A stretch of 60,709 bases of DNA, the filler included. It is 6 parts of 6 records of this genome, joined end to end, with 100 filler letters (N's around TTAATTAATTAA, not from the genome) between each part and the next. Parts side by side here need not be neighbours in the genome. Positions count along the whole stretch, not along the records: positions 1 to 11,018 come from SRR31156797_4633; 5 more parts are not named here. One strand, given 5' to 3'. This document shows positions 1 to 9,606 of the stretch, piece after piece. Below the pieces are notes generated by a model that had not been told where the DNA came from, searched no databases, and was given only the letters and a program-made list of their open reading frames with translations. Every line of letters starts with the position of its first letter. Positions within the stretch are counted from its first letter, which is position 1. The position numbers and the translations under genes were made by a program.

Positions 1-162
1 CGGGATATAACGCAGGGCGTTTTTCAGGGCTACAGCGGTCTGTGACCGGGTCAGGCGAAATCCTCTGTCAGGGGCCCTGCGCACGCCTGGAAGAAATTGT
101 TGTTCAGGCGGCAGGGTATCGGGCAGGCAGATGGTCATGGGTAGGATGGACGAATTGCTCAT
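1..162 (-). CDS. hutU: urocanate hydratase, N-terminal 54 aa (runs off window start)
   Basis: Manual translation from ATG at 162: MSNSSILPMTICLPDTLPPEQQFLPGVRRAPDRGFRLTRSQTAVALKNALRYIP; the RRAPDRG...ALKNALRY motif is typical of long-form urocanases; AAGGA RBS upstream. Confidence 0.85.
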   Translation of the reverse strand, partial: MSNSSILPMTICLPDTLPPEQQFLPGVRRAPDRGFRLTRSQTAVALKNALRYIP

Positions 163-220
163 ATCTTTTTTCCTTCATGCTGTCCGGCAGGGTTTGACGT
201 CTGCCGATTGGGTCAAACGA

Positions 221-234
221 CTTGTATATGCAAA
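221..234. promoter_or_regulatory. putative HutC operator
   Basis: CTTGTATATGCAAA is one mismatch from the TGTA-N2-TACA HutC box and lies ~60 bp upstream of hutU. Confidence 0.5.
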
Positions 235-358
235 GTTTATTGCCTGAAAAAACACAAGTCAACGCTTATCTTTTCCATGGCTGTTATTGGGATTTTCATA
301 ATCATAAGGCCCCGGTACAAGCTGGACATCATAGCTGTCTTCATGTATTTTCAGAGCC

Positions 359-1270
359 ATGAACAGGGAATATAGAAAACGGATTCGTGTTGCGCTGGAT
401 TATATTTTCCGAAATGTCGACCAGGATCTTACCCTGGATGAGATCGCCGACAAAGCCAACTTTTCCAAATATCACTTTCACCGCATTTTCAAGGCCGTCA
501 CGGGAGAAACAGTGTCCGCCCATATCCGCAGGTTGCGTCTGGAAAATGCGGCCAACCGCATATTGGCCGATTCAGGGGAATCAATAACCACAATAGCCCT
601 GGATTGCGGCTTTGGCAGTTCACAAAATTTTGCCACTGCATTTAAAAAATAGTTCGAGCTTTCTCCCAAAAAATTCCGGGAACGATATTCTCTGGAAGCA
701 TGGGCTGAGAACAGGGACAATCATAATGTTATCCATGCCGGTAATACCGTCTTGGATCATTCATTGGACGGTTCAAACGATGATACAAGAACCAATTTGT
801 GGATCAATCTGATGGATATGCCTGCCTATCGTGTCGCCTATGAACGTGTGGTGGGACCCTATGGTTTGAAAAACAGTGAAGTAGCCTTCAAAAAGTTGTT
901 CAAGTGGGCCTATATGCGTTTCAATATTGACGAAACCATCGCCTTAGGCATCATCTGGGACAATCCGGGAGTGACTGCCCCCGAACAGTGCCGCTACGAT
1001 GCATGCATCATCGTCCCGGACCGTGTTGCACCGAAAGGGAGCGTCGGCATACAGCAGATCCAGGGTGGGCAATATGTCGTTGGGCATTGTGAAGTGTCAA
1101 CCTACACGGAGTTAGAACAGGCCTATGATGATATTTTCACCCGATGGTTTCCCACCAGCAACTACGCCCCTGCCAATGCCGTTGCCTATGAAGTTTATTT
1201 GAACAATCCCGCAAACCACCCCAGAAAAAGTTTGCTTCTCGACATCTGCATTCCCGTTGAGCAAATCTGA
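359..1270 (+). pseudogene. AraC-family regulator with C-terminal GyrI-like effector domain, interrupted by one in-frame TAG (650-652)
   Basis: ORFs 359-652 and 752-1270 share a frame; read-through gives FATAFKK*FELSPKKFRE, completing the second AraC HTH, then a GyrI-like domain (WDNP...CRYDAC). Confidence 0.85.
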
Positions 1271-1328
1271 ACGATGGTTTTTTAGGAAAAAAACATCGTT
1301 CATGGCGCGAATCCGTCCGCTTGTTAAT

Positions 1329-2876
1329 TCAGAACCAGATCACGCTCATGGTGGAGAGCAGGATCCAGGTGATGGAAATAATCCAGAAGAGAAAGGGATT
1401 TTCATCCCGATGGACTTCCTCCACAAAAAATGTCTTATGGGTGGTGATTCCGTTTATGCTCCAAATCAGGAAAATGAGGCCGAATACCAAATTTCCAAGG
1501 CCCGCCCACATGGAAAGGAAAAGCAGTGGAAGGGCAATAAGAGTTTTCCATTTGGCCGGCAGCTTAAGCGTTTCCGAAGATTCGGAAGCTATGTCTGGGA
1601 ACGGTTTTTTCATCTCTGGTGTTCCCGGATCTGACTTTTCCGGGGAGCCACTGCTAAAAAACCGATAAAGTGTATTCCCCAATTTTCCACCGTATTGATT
1701 GGCCCAGAACCATTCCAGCCCCTGTTCCAGTTCTTTTGGCGTCATGTTTTTGGGACGGAAAACAACATGGGTGCCGTCGTATTTTGACCAGTCCCGGGTC
1801 AGAATCCGCCCCTCTTCGTCCATTTTTTTAAATGTTGTCGATCCGGGAAATGGGATCATCAGGTGGGGTAAAACTTTGTCAACCTTAATATCACGGACAA
1901 AGTCCAAGGTTTTTTGGAAAATGGATGGATCATGCTCGTCAAATCCGAAGAGAAAATCTCCCCAGACCTCAATACCGTAGGATTTTACGGTTCGGATATA
2001 GGCTTTAATTTTTTCCGGGCGGACAAAGGCTTTGCCCTGGGCCTTAAGGGCGGCCTCGTCAGGGGTTTCGATGCCGAACATCACCCCCCTGACACCGGCT
2101 GTTCCGGCTGCGGCCAGAAGGGTTTCATCCCGGGCCAGCAGCACAGTGGTTTCACCGTAAAATTTCATGTTCAGTGGGGCCAGGGCTCTGAACAATTCCA
2201 GGGCATAGGCCCGGTCCGCCGTCAGGTTGTCGGCATGAAGTTCCACCCACTGGACCCCCAGCCGTTTCAGGGCCTTGACCTCCGCCACGATATTGGGAAT
2301 GGGGCGGTGCCGGTAGGTGGGGAAAAATTGGTGGACCAGGCAGAATTCACAGCTGTTGGGGCAGCCCCTTGAGACCACCACGGACCAGATATTCTTGTAC
2401 TTGGATGGCCGGATGACATCCGTGGGATAGGGCTTGAGCTCGGCCAGGTCTACAGGTGTTGACCGCCGGTAGAGTGGCTTTAAGGCTCCGGAACCAACAT
2501 CGGCCAGAAGCTTTGGCCATACCCCTTCGGGTTCACCGATTAGAAGGGCATGGGCATGCCCCTGGGCTTCTTCCTGACAGAATCGAGTGTGAAGGCCGCC
2601 TAGCACAACGGTTTTTCCCATAGCCTTGAATTTGTCCGCAATTTCATAGGCCCTGAGGGCATCCGGGGTGGACATGAAAATCGCAACGACATCGGCATTT
2701 GACTTGAAATTGGTTTTCATGCCGATGGTTTCATCGGTCATTTCAATGCACACATCTTCGGGGGTGGCGGCCGCGGTTGAAAAAATGGACTGTGAGGGGC
2801 CACCGGTTGCAGCTTTGTATTTTGAGAAATCGCTGCCCGAAGAGGCCTTGATCAGGTATACATTCATGGGCTTCAT
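1329..2876 (-). CDS. B12-binding-domain radical SAM protein with C-terminal transmembrane tail
   Basis: GGLH cobalamin-domain motif, SRGCPNSCEFC (CxxxCxxC), about 3 hydrophobic helices at the C-terminus. Confidence 0.9.
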   Translation of the reverse strand: MKPMNVYLIKASSGSDFSKYKAATGGPSQSIFSTAAATPEDVCIEMTDETIGMKTNFKSNADVVAIFMSTPDALRAYEIADKFKAMGKTVVLGGLHTRFCQEEAQGHAHALLIGEPEGVWPKLLADVGSGALKPLYRRSTPVDLAELKPYPTDVIRPSKYKNIWSVVVSRGCPNSCEFCLVHQFFPTYRHRPIPNIVAEVKALKRLGVQWVELHADNLTADRAYALELFRALAPLNMKFYGETTVLLARDETLLAAAGTAGVRGVMFGIETPDEAALKAQGKAFVRPEKIKAYIRTVKSYGIEVWGDFLFGFDEHDPSIFQKTLDFVRDIKVDKVLPHLMIPFPGSTTFKKMDEEGRILTRDWSKYDGTHVVFRPKNMTPKELEQGLEWFWANQYGGKLGNTLYRFFSSGSPEKSDPGTPEMKKPFPDIASESSETLKLPAKWKTLIALPLLFLSMWAGLGNLVFGLIFLIWSINGITTHKTFFVEEVHRDENPFLFWIISITWILLSTMSVIWF

Positions 2877-3142
2877 GGTCCTTTATCTGATAGGGGAACC
2901 GGGTGTTCTAAATCCCCATTATTCAATTCCAGTCAAGTATACCCCATTTGGCCATTGTTTTTTATTTCATTTTGCCAATGGGGTTTGTTTGGTTGTGCCG
3001 GTGTCATCATAAATTTTTTAAACATTTTATTTTATCCTTTAATTTAGGGTGAATATAAAAACCCCGTCCGTTCTGGTGTAATTTACCTTCCCGGCGTTTA
3101 TAGGTCGTTCTTCATATTGCTAAATTGGTTTGAAAATTTGCT

Positions 3143-4558
3143 TTACCCTTTCACCACACCAAGTGGCCGGTTGTTTTCATCCATGTTGCAAAAATTATCC
3201 AAATTAGGAAAAAGAAGGTTTAAGCTGCTTTGGTCAACGCCGAACCACTGAGCCAGTTCTGCGTACAATTCATCTGTTGCCGTGGTGGGAATCAAAACAC
3301 CATTCCCAATATCCAGCGGGTTATCCTCCCCTGTGTTTAAGGAAGGGTACTCACCGAATATCCGGCCTCCCAGAACAGGACTCCCCATAACGATGATGTT
3401 GCCCCCCCATCCATGATCCGTCCCGTTGCCGTTGGATGTCAGCGTTCGTCCGAAATCAGATCCGGTGAACGTGATCACCCGCTGTGCAACGTTGAGTTCA
3501 TGCAGGGCCGCCTGGAATTTTCCCAGTGCTTGGCTGAGTACACCCAGCATGTTGCGATGATTGTTCAACAGTTCGTCATGGTGGTCCCATCCGATATACC
3601 TTAAAAAGAACGTCTGCTGCTGCATGCCAAGGGTTTCAGCTGCCTTGATGGTCTGGGCGACCTTTCTCAGCTGCATGGAAAGCCCGGATGATGAAAATGG
3701 CGTTTGTACGCCTATGCCTTTTGTTGCCTCATTAAAGTTTCGATGCCGGGCCTGGGCCTGACGGGTAATGGCCAGGTATGTGGCTTTGAACGGATCATTG
3801 GGGTACGGTTGGGACAACAGATTCGTGAAGCTTTGAAATATTGCCCGGTTAAGGGCATTGTCGGTTTCGTTGATTTCCAGACCGACGCTGCCCGTAGATT
3901 TGATGCTGTAAGGGCTCGAATGTTCCCCATTTTGTATGATGTTGCTGCCGGCAAGAGCAATATTCATGGGAATCTGCTCAATCGGTTTGTTTTTTTCAAG
4001 AACATCGGCAAAAGCACCGAACCAGCCCCGATTGATCCGTTGACCAGGACGGGCCGTCTGCCAGTGTTTGAACAAATCGGCATGGGACATCAACCCCAAT
4101 GGAAGCGGAACGCTGCCGTCACGATACTGTTGCCGGCTTACCGGGACAATCATGGGGGCAATATTGGCCACAAACGAAGCCTGCTTACGGATAAACAGGT
4201 CCTGTACTTCCGGCATGGCAGGATGCAGGCCGAATGTTCTATCCTGATCGTCTTTAAAATCTGTCAGCGGCAAAAGTTCGTCCCTGGCAATGGCCAGATT
4301 ACTTCTGGTTTCCTGATATTCCCGATATGCCGCCGTTGACAAGGGAGCCAGCATGTTAAAGCTGTCGTTACCACCGTCGAGCATAATAAAGACCAATGCT
4401 TTTTTTTGAGGCGTAATCAGCAGACCTTGGGCATCGGCTTGTGCTGATCCGGGAACGATAAAAGAAGGGGCAACACCCGACAGGGCCATACCGGCTCCGG
4501 CAGTTGCCACAAGCCCTTTTTTGATAAATTCGCGTCTTGATACGTTTTTAAATGCCAT
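3143..4558 (-). CDS. DUF1501 family protein with Tat signal
   Basis: SRREFIK twin-arginine signal; LDGGNDSFN, GWDHH and SDFGRT...GTDHGWG motifs; adjacent to DUF1800. Confidence 0.9.
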   Translation of the reverse strand: MAFKNVSRREFIKKGLVATAGAGMALSGVAPSFIVPGSAQADAQGLLITPQKKALVFIMLDGGNDSFNMLAPLSTAAYREYQETRSNLAIARDELLPLTDFKDDQDRTFGLHPAMPEVQDLFIRKQASFVANIAPMIVPVSRQQYRDGSVPLPLGLMSHADLFKHWQTARPGQRINRGWFGAFADVLEKNKPIEQIPMNIALAGSNIIQNGEHSSPYSIKSTGSVGLEINETDNALNRAIFQSFTNLLSQPYPNDPFKATYLAITRQAQARHRNFNEATKGIGVQTPFSSSGLSMQLRKVAQTIKAAETLGMQQQTFFLRYIGWDHHDELLNNHRNMLGVLSQALGKFQAALHELNVAQRVITFTGSDFGRTLTSNGNGTDHGWGGNIIVMGSPVLGGRIFGEYPSLNTGEDNPLDIGNGVLIPTTATDELYAELAQWFGVDQSSLNLLFPNLDNFCNMDENNRPLGVVKG

Positions 4559-4560
4559 GA

Positions 4561-6921
4561 TTATGCCTCCAATACGGTAAATTCAGGTGAAATGGCGATC
4601 ATAAAAACTACGGTCTGTAGGACCCATAGCGGTCTGCGGTGATAGGACGAAAAGGCGTCTTTGATCATCTGCCTTCCGGCAAGATCGGTTTTACCGGTTA
4701 GCTTTAAGCTGACCAGATCAATCAGTTCGTCATGCCGGGCCGGGTTTCGTGCAAGTTTAAGCTCCGTTGTAAAATCCAGATGAATCTTGTGCCTTCGTTT
4801 TTTAGTCAATATGCCAGGGTCCAGCTCCGGGGCGTTTTTGTTTTCCGGATCACTGCTGATAACGGTGCTCACCTCAGGATAGTACTCAGCGAAAAACCAG
4901 TAGTACATCAGATTGACATAGGCAATTGAGGTTGCCGAGTCGTGGAGTTCAAATTCAGGGGCCACAAGCCCGGCTTTTTCAACGGCCCCGTGGGGGGTAA
5001 AATCAGGCTTGTAAAAATTGAACACCGTCGGAGAAGAGAGCACATGCTGTCCGAGCCCTTTGTGAAGGCTTTCACCGGTTATCCAAATTTTTCCCGACCG
5101 ATTGCCGGCACGAAATGCCCGCAGCAGCTGGGTGACCCGGAGTAAAGGTGGTTTCAGTTTTTGTGAGCGGTTATCTGTCGGTCCCTTATGGATATTGACC
5201 GGATGATACAAAGGATACCTCAGCACTTCCCGGATGACTGCCTTTAAATCGCCCCGTTCTCCAAATTTATCGGCAACGGTCCGGACATAGTCAGGCGAGG
5301 GGTTGGAAGTCACCATTTGCCGGATAAGATGTTTAGCCACAAACGGGGCCGTATTCGGATGGGAGACCAGCTTGTTGACCACCTCTTTAATCTCATCTTC
5401 TCCGAACTGGTTTCCGAGAAGCGTGATGTGTTCTTTTAACAATGTTTTGGCACCATTGTCATGGTATTGTTCGTCCATAACCATGGGATGGGTCATGCTG
5501 ACAAAAGGAACCGTTTTGTAGGTTTTATCAACCCCATCCTCGAAGCCGATTTCGGTGCCGTTATAAGATGGGTCCCAGAAGCTGGTATGCCATTCATACC
5601 GGTAGCTATGGGCTTTTAAACCCGTGAATACCCGGGCCAGTTCTCTGATATCATCATTGTTGTAGGTAGGGATACTGGTGCCGTCGCTGTTTGTTTTACG
5701 GCTGCCGTCGGCATTTAGTTCAACCAGTCCGATGGTGAAAAGCTGCATGATTTCCCTGGCATAATTTTCGTCGGGATGGATGTTTTTTGACGGATCTGCC
5801 TTGCGGTTGTTCATGTGGGATAAATATACCCCCATGCACGGATGCATGGACACGGAAAATAAAAGATCCGCATAGTCCCCGAAAGCATGATTGTACAAAA
5901 GATCATAAAAGTTTGCCATTCCTGCGGCATCCAGCTCCAGTGGCGAGTTGTCCGAGATGACCAGCAATTCGCTCAAGGCTTGTGCCACCCGCTGCCGGAC
6001 AAGATCATGATCGTTGTCATAGGACAGGGTATGCTGCCACCATGCCATGCGAAAATACCATTTATACGGCAATGCCGGGTTATTCCCATCGCCGTTGATC
6101 GCGTCCTCACCGTATGCGCGGATGAATTTTCGTCGAAAATTTTTCCAAACAGCTCTTGTGGTCCGCTCATAGGTATCATTGGTAAATGGATTGCTGTTCA
6201 ATTGATCTTCAAGCCAGTATTCAATGCCGTAATCGACAGTATTCTCGATCAGGTTCTCATCCGCGCCTAACGTGGCTTGGGCAAGAAACGTGCTGGCTTG
6301 GGAGTATTGGCTTTTCATTAAACGTTTGAAATGACAGCACAGTTGTACCGGTTCTTTTGCTTCGATCAAGGCCACCTGTTTTTCAAATTCATCGTTCTGG
6401 CCTTTGTTCAGGGCCAGCATACGGTTACCGCTTGCAGAAAAGATCAACCCGGTCAGTATGGCCCCGGCAACACACAGCCAGAACACGTTGATCTGGATAA
6501 AAAAGATAATGATCAGGGTCCCGGACAGTCCCATCAAATGGTTGACGATGTCGGGGACAGCGTTTTCCAGAAATTCAATGAACTCGGTGAACAGGTTTGT
6601 CCGGGCTGATATCTTTGAAACACTTGTTTGCTTTTGAAATTGTCTTGAGATCATTTCCCCGCTCACTTCCCGGTACATGCCGGCGTAAACCCGGGTATCG
6701 TAAAAACGTCGGCCCGCCCCTATGATTAAAAGCAGTGTGCAAAGGCCTGCCAATTGGATCAGGCCCTGCATTCTGCTTTGCATCAGATCGTCAACCGACC
6801 ATCCGATCACCAGGGGCATAAGTACCAGGAGGATGCCTTCAAGGAGAACCATCAGCCAGGTCAAAGAGGCTCTTTTCCAGAACCGTTTGATCAGGATCGA
6901 TAAAGAAATTTGGGTGTTCAT
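4561..6921 (-). CDS. fusion: truncated ABC six-transmembrane-type domain (aa 1-201) + DUF1800 protein (from M202, nt 6318)
   Basis: N-terminus has TM helices and RRFYDTRVY; from MKSQYSQASTFLAQATLG on it shows DUF1800 motifs (RQRVAQALSELLVIS, PDENYAREIMQLFTIG, PTVFNFY). Confidence 0.8.
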   Translation of the reverse strand: MNTQISLSILIKRFWKRASLTWLMVLLEGILLVLMPLVIGWSVDDLMQSRMQGLIQLAGLCTLLLIIGAGRRFYDTRVYAGMYREVSGEMISRQFQKQTSVSKISARTNLFTEFIEFLENAVPDIVNHLMGLSGTLIIIFFIQINVFWLCVAGAILTGLIFSASGNRMLALNKGQNDEFEKQVALIEAKEPVQLCCHFKRLMKSQYSQASTFLAQATLGADENLIENTVDYGIEYWLEDQLNSNPFTNDTYERTTRAVWKNFRRKFIRAYGEDAINGDGNNPALPYKWYFRMAWWQHTLSYDNDHDLVRQRVAQALSELLVISDNSPLELDAAGMANFYDLLYNHAFGDYADLLFSVSMHPCMGVYLSHMNNRKADPSKNIHPDENYAREIMQLFTIGLVELNADGSRKTNSDGTSIPTYNNDDIRELARVFTGLKAHSYRYEWHTSFWDPSYNGTEIGFEDGVDKTYKTVPFVSMTHPMVMDEQYHDNGAKTLLKEHITLLGNQFGEDEIKEVVNKLVSHPNTAPFVAKHLIRQMVTSNPSPDYVRTVADKFGERGDLKAVIREVLRYPLYHPVNIHKGPTDNRSQKLKPPLLRVTQLLRAFRAGNRSGKIWITGESLHKGLGQHVLSSPTVFNFYKPDFTPHGAVEKAGLVAPEFELHDSATSIAYVNLMYYWFFAEYYPEVSTVISSDPENKNAPELDPGILTKKRRHKIHLDFTTELKLARNPARHDELIDLVSLKLTGKTDLAGRQMIKDAFSSYHRRPLWVLQTVVFMIAISPEFTVLEA

Positions 6922-6933
6922 CTGTCGTACCCT

Positions 6934-7113
6934 TTATCCAAAAATCGTTAGTAAATTGAAAATTAAAACAGGGAATAAAACAAACTTTTCAATGTCCACC
7001 CCTTCAGGGGTGGCGACCGCGGTTGAAAAAATATTCTGGGGCGGCCCCCCGGTTTCGGCTTTGTATTGGGAATAATCGCTTCCGGCAGAGGCTTTGATTA
7101 AATATACTTTCAT
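6934..7113 (-). pseudogene. internally deleted paralogue of the 1329-2876 radical SAM gene
   Basis: MKVYLIKASAGSDYSQYKAETGGPPQNIFSTAVATPEGVDIE aligns to MNVYLIKASSGSDFSKYKAATGGPSQSIFSTAAATPEDVCIE, then switches abruptly at ~6988 to a short hydrophobic tail. Confidence 0.85.
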
Positions 7114-7286
7114 AAAAAACTCCATGTGTGTTAAAGATTTGACCAGACCATCCGTATGGTTGACTGCACTATATCCCGGTTCGAAATTTGAAGCGTTTTG
7201 TAAATTGCGGTGTTTGTTTCAATTTTTGCGCTAAAAGGAAGGTGAATATTTTTTGTCTCAAAATCTGTAATCGGCTAACAAAATAA

Positions 7287-7351
7287 CAGTGTGCAAAGGC
7301 CTGTCGATTGGACCAGGCCCTGAATTCTGCTTTGCATCAGATCGTTAACCG
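7287..7351. repeat. 65-bp direct copy of 6733-6797 (fragment of the ABC-membrane coding sequence)
   Basis: 60/65 identical by manual alignment. Confidence 0.9.
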
Positions 7352-7474
7352 CATCATGTGCTATTTTTTTAGCTGTATGTTAGTTGCAAACGCTTTGTTC
7401 CCAAGGGAATCAGGCCAGTTCTGGATATATATGGTACTGCCGGTTTTAAATACAGATTTTAAGGAGTGGATAAA

Positions 7475-7657
7475 ATGATTGTGGATACTGAAACTCAACC
7501 GATACCGGAACGATTTGATCACCTGTATAAGCTGATCAGCAGTGAACGGTTTTTAAAGAAACAGGGACTTGGAAATGAAGTTCCTTTTTTTAATGGTGTG
7601 AAAGCTAATTACCCGAAGTTCGGGAAAGCATTAAAACAGATTTCAGGTTTAAGTTAA
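7475..7657 (+). pseudogene. brxB/pglX: chimeric BREX remnant: BrxB (DUF1788) N-terminus fused to PglX C-terminus
   Basis: RFLKKQGLGNEVPFF (BrxB-like) joined at ~7592 to GVKANYPKFGKALKQISGL (PglX C-terminal DDGVKxNYxKFGxAL motif); AAGGAG RBS. Confidence 0.8.
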
Positions 7658-7666
7658 GGTGAAACA

Positions 7667-8929
7667 ATGAAGGTACAAAGACTTAAGATTGAAAATTTCC
7701 GGGGTATCCGAAAAATGCAGATTGATTTTGATCAACAACTAAATGTATTTGCAGGTAAAAACGGAACTGGCAAAACAAGCATCATTAATGCGCTGGGACG
7801 AACCATTGATGTTGCACGTATGAATCATCTCGCAGGCAATGACCGCAAAAATTTAGAGAGCAGTGTGATGATTCATCTCAATGATATCAATACAAAGGAG
7901 GAGCATGCTCATATAAATTTGGAATTTCTATTTAAGGGAAAGACAATATCAACATCCGTGAGCAGTGATCCTGAAAAGCTGTCATCAAATCTTTTTTCGC
8001 ACTTTCCTGAACCCAATACCTTCATTCCCCATAGAACATTTTCTGAAGATCGTTCTACTATGACAGCTACATACGTGCCAACTGCAAAATCCCAAGAACA
8101 GGTCACAGAAATTGACCCTGTAAGCGGTTTCATTGTTCAAAGTACAACAAGATATGGCACCTATTTTAACTGGCTTGCAAGTCGTGAAGATTTAGAAAAC
8201 AGCAGGCTGAGGAAGTTTATTGACAGTGGAAAGGATTTTCAAAAAGATACATTTGAAAAAGATAAAACACTGCAAGCTGTTAAGGAGGCAATAAAAGATG
8301 TAACCGGTTTTTCAGGCCTTTTCAATGACAGGGAAAAATTTGGATTTGTAATTGAAAAAAACACCGGTTCTGAAAAAGAGATCTTTTTATTTTCACAATT
8401 ATCCACAGGGGAAAAGCAATTTATTTCACTTATCGCAGCACTTGCCATAACACTTTCCATTGAGTTTCCTGAGTCAGATAATTTTTTGGATGAACAGGCG
8501 CTTTTTATGATTGACGGCATTGAACTGAATTTACACCCTTCATGGCAGCAAAAAGCGATACCGAACCTTTTAAGGGTATTTCCCAATTGCCAGTTTGTTA
8601 TTACAACACATTCCCCCCATGTCATAACCCACGTTAAACCGGAACAACTCTTTTTATTGGAAATGGCTGATAACGGCGTTGTTGTTGAGCAATCACCTGA
8701 ATCCTATGGTAAAAAAGCAGATCGGATTCTTGAAGATTTAATGGGGCTTGACACGACACGGCCTTATAAAATTTTTGAACGGATAAAAGAACTTTTTGAT
8801 AATATTCAAAGTAACAACCTGGAACAGGCAAAAAAGATGGTTAAGAATATAAGAGAAGAAATAGGCAGTGATCCGGAACTATTGAAAGCTGAGATGATGA
8901 TTAAACGAAAGGAAGTTCTTGGTAAATGA
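7667..8929 (+). CDS. ABC/AAA ATPase, PtuA-like (Septu / retron type I-A effector family)
   Basis: IENFRGI start, Walker A GKNGTGKTS, signature LSTGEKQ, LHPSWQ, QFVITTHSPH; ATGA overlap with an HNH gene. Confidence 0.85.
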   Translation: MKVQRLKIENFRGIRKMQIDFDQQLNVFAGKNGTGKTSIINALGRTIDVARMNHLAGNDRKNLESSVMIHLNDINTKEEHAHINLEFLFKGKTISTSVSSDPEKLSSNLFSHFPEPNTFIPHRTFSEDRSTMTATYVPTAKSQEQVTEIDPVSGFIVQSTTRYGTYFNWLASREDLENSRLRKFIDSGKDFQKDTFEKDKTLQAVKEAIKDVTGFSGLFNDREKFGFVIEKNTGSEKEIFLFSQLSTGEKQFISLIAALAITLSIEFPESDNFLDEQALFMIDGIELNLHPSWQQKAIPNLLRVFPNCQFVITTHSPHVITHVKPEQLFLLEMADNGVVVEQSPESYGKKADRILEDLMGLDTTRPYKIFERIKELFDNIQSNNLEQAKKMVKNIREEIGSDPELLKAEMMIKRKEVLGK

Positions 8930-9555
8930 AGTTTATCAACAAGCAGCCGGAACCGGAAACATTTTCACAGTGGAAAGCACAGGCCAATGAAAACTGGCAG
9001 CCTACATATGATGATTTAAGAGGCAATGAAAAAAAAGATGTAAAACATGCACTGATGAAGGAACAGGGTTGGATCTGTTGTTATTGCGAAAGACGTTTAA
9101 TAAATTCCGATTCTCATATCGAACATCTTAAGCCTCAAAGAAGAGATGATGTTGATCCTCTTGATTTCATGAATATGGTCTGTTCATGTCAGAATAAAAC
9201 CCCAAAAGGAAAGCCTCGAATCTGTGGTAACCGTAAAGGGGGGTGGTACGATGAAGCATTGTTTATAACCCCTTTTGATAAGACCTGTGAAACGAGATTT
9301 GAATATACAGGGGACGGCAGGATAAAACCTGCTGATAATGAGGATCAAGCTGCAAAAGAAACCATTGATAGGTTGGGGCTTAACCTTCCTAAATTGAGGA
9401 GTTTGAGAGCACAAGTGATCGATAATTGTTTCGATGAAGATTTATTATCAGAAGATTTTCATGAATATATTTCAAAGGTATTAGAAAAAGATGCACATGG
9501 CAAATATTCTGAATTTTGGACAACCATTAGGTATCTTTCCAAGCAGTATATTTAA
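8926..9555 (+). CDS. HNH endonuclease, PtuB / TIGR02646-like
   Basis: LMKEQGWICCYCERR...SHIEHLKPQ...NMVCSC...CGNRK; coupled to the ATPase. Confidence 0.85.
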   Translation: MKFINKQPEPETFSQWKAQANENWQPTYDDLRGNEKKDVKHALMKEQGWICCYCERRLINSDSHIEHLKPQRRDDVDPLDFMNMVCSCQNKTPKGKPRICGNRKGGWYDEALFITPFDKTCETRFEYTGDGRIKPADNEDQAAKETIDRLGLNLPKLRSLRAQVIDNCFDEDLLSEDFHEYISKVLEKDAHGKYSEFWTTIRYLSKQYI

Positions 9556-9606
9556 AAGAATAAAACATAAAGATTCCTTCCAAAATTTTTCTCACTGAAA
9601 ATAATA

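Noticed and set aside
229-246. sigma54 promoter for hutU
   Set aside because: GG-to-GC spacing is 11 nt rather than the required 10
6733-7351. 65-bp repeat pair as a DGR template/variable repeat
   Set aside because: The five mismatches are not adenine-specific on either strand, the copy is not at a gene 3' end, and no reverse transcriptase is present
7667-9555. Complete retron (Ec78-like) system
   Set aside because: No RT gene and no msr-msd-like region; the flanks are BREX remnants
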